From: an uncultured Treponema sp.
GTDB lineage: Bacteria; Spirochaetota; Spirochaetia; Treponematales; Treponemataceae
Reading direction: 5' to 3'
Assembly: GCA_900319625.1 (NCBI GenBank)
Contig: ONPD01000002.1
Span: 196,367 to 260,366, forward strand
Length of the DNA: 64,000 bases
Shown: piece after piece, positions 56,985 to 64,000 of the stretch
Numbering within the stretch: position 1 is the first letter of the stretch
How the letters are laid out: every line of letters begins with the position of its first letter
Made by a program: the position numbers and the translations under genes
Notes under the pieces: model-generated
Database searches by the model: none
Told to the model about the DNA's origin: nothing
The model's input: only the letters and a program-made list of their open reading frames with translations

Positions 56985-59912
56985 TTAGTGAAACTCTCCC
57001 CAGTTTTTGCCGTATTCAATGCTGACGCGGAGAGGCACGGAAAACTTTACGGCATTTTCCATTTTGTCGCGGATAAGGGCCAGGGTTTTATCGATGTCGG
57101 CCTGATTATCAGGACATTCAAAAATCAGCTCGTCGTGAACCTGAAGAAGGAGTTTGGCAGGGCTCTTTTCCTGAGCAAGGGCCTGGCTGACGGCAAGCAT
57201 GGCGGTTTTTACGATGTCGGCGGCTGTTCCCTGAATCGGGGTGTTTTTTGCAACGCGTTCGGCGCCGGATTTTTCCAGCTTGTTACGGCTGTTTATGTTC
57301 ATAATCGGGCGGCGGCGGCCAAACATTGTTTCTACATAGCCTGAACTTTCTGCTTTTGAAATCACCCCGGTCATAAAGCTTGAGACTCCGGAGTAGGTGC
57401 GGAAGTACATTTCTATGAAGTTCTGGGCCTGGGTGCGGCTGATTCCAAGGTCTTTTGCAAGACTGAAGGCGCTCATTCCGTAAATTACGCCGAAGTTGAT
57501 GGTTTTTGCGGTGCGGCGCATTTCAGGCGTTACGGCATCAGGGCTGACTCCGAAAATCAGGGCGGCGGTTGCCTTGTGAACGTCGGTACCGTCGATGAAG
57601 GCCTTGCTCATATTCGGGTCGCCGCTCAGGTGGGCGAGGACGACAAGTTCAATCTGAGAATAATCGGCGGAAATTAAAACTTTGCCTTCCGGGGCTGTAA
57701 AGGCCTGGCGGATGCGGCGGCCTGCTTCGTTTCTTACCGGGATGTTCTGCAGGTTAGGGTCGCGGCAGGAAAGACGGCCGGTTGCGGTTCCTGTCTGGAC
57801 AAAGCTTGTATGGATGCGGCCCCGGCTGTCGGTAAGCTTTGGCAGGGTTTCTACGTAAGTTGACTGCAGCTTTGCCATTTCGCGGAACTCAAGAATCATT
57901 TTTGGAACCGGATTGACGGATGCAAGTTCTTCCAAAACTGATGTGTCGGTTGAATAGCCGGTTGCGGTTTTCTTTCCTTTTGGAAGGCCCAGCTCGTCAA
58001 ACAGAACGGTCTGCAGCTGTTTTGGGCTTGCAACGTTGAAGTCGTGGCCGACTGTCTGGAAAATCTGAGCCTGTGAGTCAGCGATTTTTTTAGTAAGCTC
58101 TTCATTGTAGGAATCCAGGGCGGCAGAATCCAGGTGGATTCCGTTGATTTCCATGCTGGCAAGAACAGGCAGAACCTGGTGTTCAAGCTCGAAAAGCTTT
58201 TTGTTCTGAGGGTGGGCGTCGTCAATCGGGAATTCTTTTAAAAGATAATCTGCAAGCTGAAGGGTAAAGTCGGCATCTTCTGCGGCATATTTGTATGCTG
58301 TTTCGAGAGGGACGTCGGCAAAAGTCTGTCCTTTTGAAACGATTTCGTCGTATTCAATGCCGGCAAGTCCCAGCTTTGTTTCGCAAAGATATTCAAGTCC
58401 GTAAGCGTTTTTGCCCATGCGGTCCGGATTGGAAAGCCAGGCTGTAAGCATTGTGTCAAAAAGCCGGCAGTTGAGGCCCAAAAGGCTGATGGCATCGAAG
58501 GCTTCTGTAGCGGACGGGGCCTCTGCTTTTGGAAGAGTTTTTTCTATATTAGAGTAGAGCACTTTGAGGTCGAACTTTGCGTTATGCATGATTACAGTGG
58601 TGTCCGGATTTTTGAAGATGCGCAGCAGCTGATTAAGGGCGTCTTTCAGTTCGATGTAATCGGTCTGGCTGAAAAGGTCGTCGGAGGCAAGCTGGATTGG
58701 GACGTAAACGGCAAGTCCCGGCTGGTAACAGAGGCTGAAGCCGACCAGGGTGGTTGTAAGTGTGTCCAGGCTGGTGGTTTCGCAGTCGTAGGCGATGCGA
58801 TTTGTGCCGGATGCGAAGAAGGAGGTGATGTATGCTTCCAGGACGGAAAGTTTTGTGATTGCCTTATAGCTTGAAGTGTCGTTTTTACGGATAGGGATGA
58901 TTTCTTCTACTTGAAATGTTGGGGTTTTAGGGGCATCGCCCCTAGGCGAAGGGGTAGCGGAAGACGACGCGTTAGCGTCGGCTGGAGCGAGGGGAAGGCT
59001 TTCCCCGACCTCAACTTTCTGCCCATTTTTTACCGCCAGCTCAGCGTACTGTTTTGCCGGCTGAAGGGCACCGTAACTTTCAAGCAGGGCCGCTGCTTTT
59101 GCAAAATCCAGCGTCAGCGGGTCGGAGATAGCCGTGTCGATTTCTTCGCAAGGAACTGTGTCACAAAGGCGGACGAGTTTCTGAGAAAAATATGCATTTT
59201 CCTTGCCGTCAATCAGCTTTTTCTGCATTGCGCCCTTAATTTCGTCTATGTGCTCGTAGATTCCGTCAAGATTCTGGTAGTCGTTTAAAAGTTTTCCGGC
59301 TGTTTTTACACCAACGCCCTGAACGCCCGGGATATTGTCGGCAGTGTCGCCGTAAAGTGAAAGCAGGTCCAGCAGCTGGGCTGGCTTTACGCCCCATTCT
59401 GCAAGAACGCCTTCTTCGCCGGTCACCTTCCAGCCGCCGCCGTTTTCGGGCTTTAAAATCTGGGTCGAATCATTTACAAGCTGCATCAAATCCTTATCGC
59501 CCGAAAGGATGCGGCAGGTCTGTCCATTTTGGGCACATTTTTTTGCAACAGTGGCAATTACGTCGTCTGCTTCGTAGCCGTCGCACTGCAAAATCGGAAT
59601 GCCCAGGGCTGAAAGAATGTCACAGATCCATGGAATCTGGGCGTGAAGGTCTTCCGGTGTTTTGTTGCGGGTTGCCTTGTATTCGGGGTAAAATTCGTGG
59701 CGGAAGGTTTTTGTTTTGGAATCCATTGCCGCGATGATGTGGCCCGGCTTGTAATGTTCGAGTATATAATGGAAGTTTCTGAAAAATCCGAAGAGGGCAC
59801 TGATATTTTCACCCCGCGGATTTGTGAGAGGTCTGTTTATAAAAGCAAAGTAGCAGCGGAAAATGAGTCCGTAGCTGTCTAAAACGTAAACTGTATTGTT
59901 GTCAAAAGTCAT
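56985..59912 (-). CDS. polA: DNA polymerase I
   Basis: EADDVIAT, GDTADNIPG, DCETT, RLSCRDPNLQNIP, ADYSQIE, KTINFGVIYG, QVHDEL. Confidence 0.97.
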   Translation of the reverse strand: MTFDNNTVYVLDSYGLIFRCYFAFINRPLTNPRGENISALFGFFRNFHYILEHYKPGHIIAAMDSKTKTFRHEFYPEYKATRNKTPEDLHAQIPWICDILSALGIPILQCDGYEADDVIATVAKKCAQNGQTCRILSGDKDLMQLVNDSTQILKPENGGGWKVTGEEGVLAEWGVKPAQLLDLLSLYGDTADNIPGVQGVGVKTAGKLLNDYQNLDGIYEHIDEIKGAMQKKLIDGKENAYFSQKLVRLCDTVPCEEIDTAISDPLTLDFAKAAALLESYGALQPAKQYAELAVKNGQKVEVGESLPLAPADANASSSATPSPRGDAPKTPTFQVEEIIPIRKNDTSSYKAITKLSVLEAYITSFFASGTNRIAYDCETTSLDTLTTTLVGFSLCYQPGLAVYVPIQLASDDLFSQTDYIELKDALNQLLRIFKNPDTTVIMHNAKFDLKVLYSNIEKTLPKAEAPSATEAFDAISLLGLNCRLFDTMLTAWLSNPDRMGKNAYGLEYLCETKLGLAGIEYDEIVSKGQTFADVPLETAYKYAAEDADFTLQLADYLLKEFPIDDAHPQNKKLFELEHQVLPVLASMEINGIHLDSAALDSYNEELTKKIADSQAQIFQTVGHDFNVASPKQLQTVLFDELGLPKGKKTATGYSTDTSVLEELASVNPVPKMILEFREMAKLQSTYVETLPKLTDSRGRIHTSFVQTGTATGRLSCRDPNLQNIPVRNEAGRRIRQAFTAPEGKVLISADYSQIELVVLAHLSGDPNMSKAFIDGTDVHKATAALIFGVSPDAVTPEMRRTAKTINFGVIYGMSAFSLAKDLGISRTQAQNFIEMYFRTYSGVSSFMTGVISKAESSGYVETMFGRRRPIMNINSRNKLEKSGAERVAKNTPIQGTAADIVKTAMLAVSQALAQEKSPAKLLLQVHDELIFECPDNQADIDKTLALIRDKMENAVKFSVPLRVSIEYGKNWGEFH
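58921..59006 (+). repeat. Family-A palindromic element in frame within polA
   Basis: TAGGGGC/GCCCCTA, CGACGC-GTTA-GCGTCG and GGGGAAG/TTTCCCC hairpins; encodes GESLPLAPADANASSSATPSPRGDAPKTP. Confidence 0.8.
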
Positions 59913-59975
59913 GGAGTCATTTTAACAGAATAGAACAAATTACGCTATGCAGATTTTTTATCTGATATTTGAAGT

Positions 59976-60158
59976 TTACTTGTACCAGCGCCAATAGAGA
60001 TCTCTTTGAAACTTTACAAAATTTTCATCACCAGTTGTCATTTTTTGGTCACCTTGATATTTACTGCGTGGCGGGGTACAAGTTCCTTCTCCTCCAACAA
60101 TAGAATCCAGATCTTCTTCATTCAATTCTGTTTTACTAATTTCTTCTTTGTTTTCCAT
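59976..60158 (-). CDS. Double-glycine-leader peptide (bacteriocin/RiPP precursor-like)
   Basis: ELNEEDLDSIVGG leader motif; AAGAGAG SD; fills the polA-GGDEF gap. Confidence 0.7.
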   Translation of the reverse strand: MENKEEISKTELNEEDLDSIVGGEGTCTPPRSKYQGDQKMTTGDENFVKFQRDLYWRWYK

Positions 60159-60297
60159 ATTGTTACTCTCTTTTAGATATCTTATAAAGTATTATAAGAG
60201 TGAATTCAAGAAAAAGCTAATCAATTAGAAAAAATACTTATAAATATTTGTTAAAAGATTGTTTGAAAAAAATTGAAAGTGGATTTAAAATATTGTT

Positions 60298-61677
60298 ATG
60301 GATTTTCAAGCATTAGTAGATTCTTTTTCTCAGGCTGCGGTTGTTATTTCGGTAGAAAAAAAAGAAGAAGGTAAGTATGGCGATATCCGCTTTGTTGCCG
60401 GTAATTCTGGATATAAAGCTCTTCAACCGAATTTTTATGATAATGCAATTTACTCTGATATTATTCCAAAAGAACCCAATTATGAAGCCTTCTGTTATCG
60501 CTGTGCTGTTTTGAAGCAGCATCTGCATGCCTATGTTGATACAAAATCCATGGATACCTGGGTAGACGGCACCTACATTCCGCTTGATTCTTCTGTTGAC
60601 ACTGACAGGTTGAGCTACATGGTTTTTACATTTTACTTTACAAAAAATCCTGATGCCCAGCTTATGTCTGACCTTTCTATGGAATCTGCAAACTTTGTCG
60701 TACAGACTTGTATAAATCTTCGTGGCGCTGATAATTTTATTGAAGCAATGAACAAGGTTATTGCCGATATTCAGGAGAAAACTGATTCCTTCTGCTCCGT
60801 TATTTTTATGATTGATGAAGAAGCAGATAAGATAGCTCCTTTGTGTTCTAAATACCGCAATGATGAAGCTACTATTGACGACTTTATGAAGTTTCTTAGT
60901 AAGGATGTTGTTTATTCCTGGGTAAGAATGCTTAAAGATCGTGATTCTATTTTTGTAAAAGATGAGCATGATCTTGAGGAACTGGAAAAAGTAAATCCTG
61001 TCTGGGCAAAAAGTCTCAGGGGGGCTGAAGTAAAAAGTGTTGTTCTTGTTCCATTAATGCAGGGAAAAAAGATTATCGGTGTGCTTTTTGCTACTAATTT
61101 TGATGTTAAAAAATTCGTTGAAATTAAGGAATTCATAACTCTTACGGCCTTCTTCCTTTCTGCAGAGATTTCCAACAATCTGATGCTGGAAAAGCTGGAA
61201 TATATGAGCAATATTGATATTCTGACAGGAATTAAAAACCGAAATGCAATGAATGCCCGGGTTGACTGGCACATTTCCAATAAAATGCAGGTTCGCACTC
61301 CTTTTGGAATTATTTTTGCTGATTTGAACGGCCTTAAAACCTGTAATGATAATTACGGTCACGAAGAGGGCGATAAGCTTTTGAAGAATGCTGCTAATCT
61401 TCTTAAGGAAGTTTTTGCTGATGATGAGATATATCGTGCCGGCGGTGATGAATTTGTTGTAATTGTTCCGGGTGCGGAAAAAGCTGATTTTGAAAAGAAA
61501 GTTGAGGAAATCCGGAAAAAATCTTCTTATGGCTGTGATGTCTGCTTTGCAATTGGTACTCACTGGACAGAGGATGCAGGCAAGCTCCGCATGGCAATGC
61601 ATCTTGCTGATGAAGCTATGTATGATGATAAGGATAAATTCTATAAAAGTCACTCAGATATTTCGAGAAGAACCTGA
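60298..61677 (+). CDS. Diguanylate cyclase (GAF-like sensor plus GGDEF)
   Basis: DILTGIKNR, DLNGLK..ND.YGH..GD and RAGGDEF motifs; TTGAAA-17-TAAAAT 6 nt upstream. Confidence 0.9.
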   Translation: MDFQALVDSFSQAAVVISVEKKEEGKYGDIRFVAGNSGYKALQPNFYDNAIYSDIIPKEPNYEAFCYRCAVLKQHLHAYVDTKSMDTWVDGTYIPLDSSVDTDRLSYMVFTFYFTKNPDAQLMSDLSMESANFVVQTCINLRGADNFIEAMNKVIADIQEKTDSFCSVIFMIDEEADKIAPLCSKYRNDEATIDDFMKFLSKDVVYSWVRMLKDRDSIFVKDEHDLEELEKVNPVWAKSLRGAEVKSVVLVPLMQGKKIIGVLFATNFDVKKFVEIKEFITLTAFFLSAEISNNLMLEKLEYMSNIDILTGIKNRNAMNARVDWHISNKMQVRTPFGIIFADLNGLKTCNDNYGHEEGDKLLKNAANLLKEVFADDEIYRAGGDEFVVIVPGAEKADFEKKVEEIRKKSSYGCDVCFAIGTHWTEDAGKLRMAMHLADEAMYDDKDKFYKSHSDISRRT

Positions 61678-61695
61678 TTGTGATAGAATTGCCTG

Positions 61696-62457
61696 ATGCA
61701 GCGAATTGATACACTTTCTTCTGGTTATAAAATTATTCAGGATGACAAAGCTTTTTGCTTCGGAATTGATGCCCTGCTTCTTGCGGCCTTTGTCCGCATG
61801 AAAAAAGGCGACCAGGTTTTTGATCTTGGTTGTGGAAACGGAATTTTAGAGCTTCTTTTATGTGACCGGGCAAAGGATCTTAAAAGTGCCCACGGGGCTG
61901 CGGACTGTCATTTTACGGGGCTTGAAGTTCAGGCTAAGGCAGCTGAAATGGCCCGGGAAAGCGTGCGTCTTAATTCGCTTGAAAGGCAGATTGAAATTGT
62001 GGAAGGGGATATAAAGACTGTAAGGGAAAGCTTTCCGGCACAAAGAGCTGACCTTGTGATTTCCAATCCTCCTTACATGAAGCCTTCCGCTGCAAAAGAA
62101 AACTCCACCGATGAAAAAACAATTGCCCGTCATGAAGTTTTGTGTTCTTTAGATGATGTGATTGCTGCCACCCGCTGGCTTTTAAAATCCGGCGGAGCTT
62201 TTTATATGATTCACAGGCCCTACAGGCTTTCAGAAATCTTTTCTTCCCTTGAAAAATACCGCCTTACTCCCCGCCGAATGCAGCTGGTTTATCCGAAAAT
62301 AGACCAGGCTCCCGAAATGGTTCTGATTGAATCCCGGCCCAACTACAAGCCGGACTTGAAAATTGCCCCGCCACTTATTATGTACGGCGGGGACGGAGAA
62401 TATACCCTGGAGTTTAAAGACTTTGTTCGGGCTAAAAATAAACCTTATAATTGCTGA
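61696..62457 (+). CDS. tRNA1(Val) adenine(37)-N6-methyltransferase-like
   Basis: FGIDALLL, DLGCGNG, SNPPY, IARHE, MIHRP. Confidence 0.88.
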   Translation: MQRIDTLSSGYKIIQDDKAFCFGIDALLLAAFVRMKKGDQVFDLGCGNGILELLLCDRAKDLKSAHGAADCHFTGLEVQAKAAEMARESVRLNSLERQIEIVEGDIKTVRESFPAQRADLVISNPPYMKPSAAKENSTDEKTIARHEVLCSLDDVIAATRWLLKSGGAFYMIHRPYRLSEIFSSLEKYRLTPRRMQLVYPKIDQAPEMVLIESRPNYKPDLKIAPPLIMYGGDGEYTLEFKDFVRAKNKPYNC

Positions 62458-62505
62458 TTTCATAGCCCGAACATCAGTTTTGACAAGCAAAACTGACATT
62501 TGCAA
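62424..62505 (+). repeat. Two-stem palindromic element (family C) overlapping the methyltransferase 3' end
   Basis: TGTTCGGGCTA-28 nt-TAGCCCGAACA, then TCAGTTTTG-ACAAG-CAAAACTGA-CATTT. Confidence 0.75.
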
Positions 62506-62513
62506 TTAAACTG

Positions 62514-64000
62514 CTATCCTACAATCTCTTTTGCTCTTGCAAGGGCTGCATTGATGTTGTCGAAAATGTTCTGGCGGCCGATTTTGTCTGCCATGCCGGT
62601 TTTTTCGCAGAGCATGTAAGGCTGGGTGTGGATGCCCGAAAGTACGATTGTGATTCCTTTGCGGTCGCAGGCTGACTTGAGCTGCTCAAGGGCGCGGAGG
62701 CCGCCGGCATCGATGTAAATTGTGTTTCTCATGCGGAGAATTAAAACCTTGCAGTCTGAACCGGCGCGTTCTGTTGCGTATTCAAACTTGCGGACAGTTC
62801 CGAAGAAGAGGGAGCCGTCAACCTCGTAAACGAGAACGCCTTTTGGAAGTTCAATCTGCTCTGTAGAGCCGTCACCAAGGATTCCTGTTACAACGGTGCG
62901 GTTTCCGCTCTGAACCTCTGAAAGGTCGATCATCTTTTTGATGAAGAAGAAGGCTGCGAAGATGAGTCCTACTCCGATTGCATAAGTAAGGTCTACGAAA
63001 ACTGTGATTAAGAAAGTTACTGTCAAAACCGTAATATCTGATTTCTGTCCTTTAATCAGGGCGCGGATTGCAGGGATTCCTGCCATATTCCAGGCTACCT
63101 GAATCAAAACTGCGGCAAGGGCTGCCATCGGAATGTATTCAACGTATTTTCCAAAGCAAACCATAATCAGAAGAAGAACGACTGCGTGAATCATGCCTGC
63201 TACTGGTGTGCGTCCGCCGTTATTGATGTTTGTTGCTGTCCGGGCAATTGCGCCGGTTGCAGGAAGGCCTCCGAAAAGAGGGCTGAGAACGTTTGCTATT
63301 CCCTGTCCGATAAGCTCGTTGTTAGAGTCGTGCTTTGTACCAATCATACCGTCGGCAACAACTGCAGACAAAAGAGATTCGATTGCGGCAAGAACTGCGA
63401 TAGAAACTGCTGTCGGGAATACAGTCTGAATTGTTGAAAGGCTGAGTGACGGAAGGGTAGGGGTTGGCAGACCTGAAGGAATTTTATAGCGGTCACCAAT
63501 CAAAACTGTTTCGAAGCCGAAGCTTTTGTTCAAAATTACGTGAATTACTGTTGCAAGAATGATTACGATAAGGGAGCCCGGAATCTTTTTTGTTACCTTT
63601 GGCCACAAAAAGAGGGCTGTAAGGCTTACGATTGCCATAATCATTGAATACGGATTGATTGTACTGATTGAAGAAGCGTAAACGCTGATTTTTCCGGCGA
63701 AGGTTCCAGGCATTTTTGTGTATTCTGAGCCGAAAACTGTAAGCGGGAAGTGTGGGCTCATTCCAAAGAAGTCACCGATCTGGCCGCTGGCGATTGTAAC
63801 GGCGATTCCGGCTGTAAATCCAACTACGATGGTGTATGGAATGAATTTTACAAGACCGCCCATTTTGAAGGCACCCAGCAGAATCAGCATGATGCCGGCA
63901 AGAACGGTTGCGGTTGCAAGTCCTGAAAAACCAAGCTGGGGATTATTTACGATTGCGTAGATGATTACTGTGAAGGCACCTGTTGGTCCTCCAATCTGAA
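62514..64000 (-). CDS. SulP-family anion transporter with STAS domain (5' end outside window)
   Basis: QIGGPTGAF at the window edge, IESLLSA, NNELIGQG, ATGAIART, IDAGG STAS. Confidence 0.93.
   Translation of the reverse strand, partial: QIGGPTGAFTVIIYAIVNNPQLGFSGLATATVLAGIMLILLGAFKMGGLVKFIPYTIVVGFTAGIAVTIASGQIGDFFGMSPHFPLTVFGSEYTKMPGTFAGKISVYASSISTINPYSMIMAIVSLTALFLWPKVTKKIPGSLIVIILATVIHVILNKSFGFETVLIGDRYKIPSGLPTPTLPSLSLSTIQTVFPTAVSIAVLAAIESLLSAVVADGMIGTKHDSNNELIGQGIANVLSPLFGGLPATGAIARTATNINNGGRTPVAGMIHAVVLLLIMVCFGKYVEYIPMAALAAVLIQVAWNMAGIPAIRALIKGQKSDITVLTVTFLITVFVDLTYAIGVGLIFAAFFFIKKMIDLSEVQSGNRTVVTGILGDGSTEQIELPKGVLVYEVDGSLFFGTVRKFEYATERAGSDCKVLILRMRNTIYIDAGGLRALEQLKSACDRKGITIVLSGIHTQPYMLCEKTGMADKIGRQNIFDNINAALARAKEIVG

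Noticed and set aside
1-64000. CRISPR array, rRNA, tRNA, IS transposase or prophage
   Set aside because: No regularly spaced repeats, RNA-gene signatures or such ORFs seen; intergenic gaps are short

Overview
Chromosomal backbone of a spirochaete, almost certainly a Treponema of the gut or rumen type. Markers are class I LysRS, a SpiroCoCo-type coiled-coil protein, a TP0733-like beta-barrel beside folD, spirochaete-type EF-G and a long RarA. About 52 CDSs are present. Housekeeping genes include galK, carD-ispD, ispF, NFACT/RqcH, livKHMGF, ilvB, rarA, folD, folE2, miaB, ettA, udp, lysS, a BMP-type ABC importer, fusA, coaE, polA and SulP. Single accessory genes are interspersed (clostripain, HD-GYP, GGDEF, GH3, RNase III-like, esterase). 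I saw no rRNA, tRNA, CRISPR array, transposase or prophage. Most of the unexplained signal is non-coding or sub-genic. (1) At least four families of short palindromic elements conserve structure through compensatory changes, not sequence. Some sit in frame inside polA, coaE, a SPOR gene and trmN6, and two are associated with duplicated gene ends (ettA 5', fusA 3'). (2) An orphan double-glycine peptide ends in W-x-W-x-K. (3) A Leu/Val/Thr leader-peptide attenuator precedes ilvB. (4) About 14 genes have leaderless promoter architecture. (5) A sigma28-like promoter precedes a SPOR gene. All family calls come from motif recognition by eye; no database search was run.
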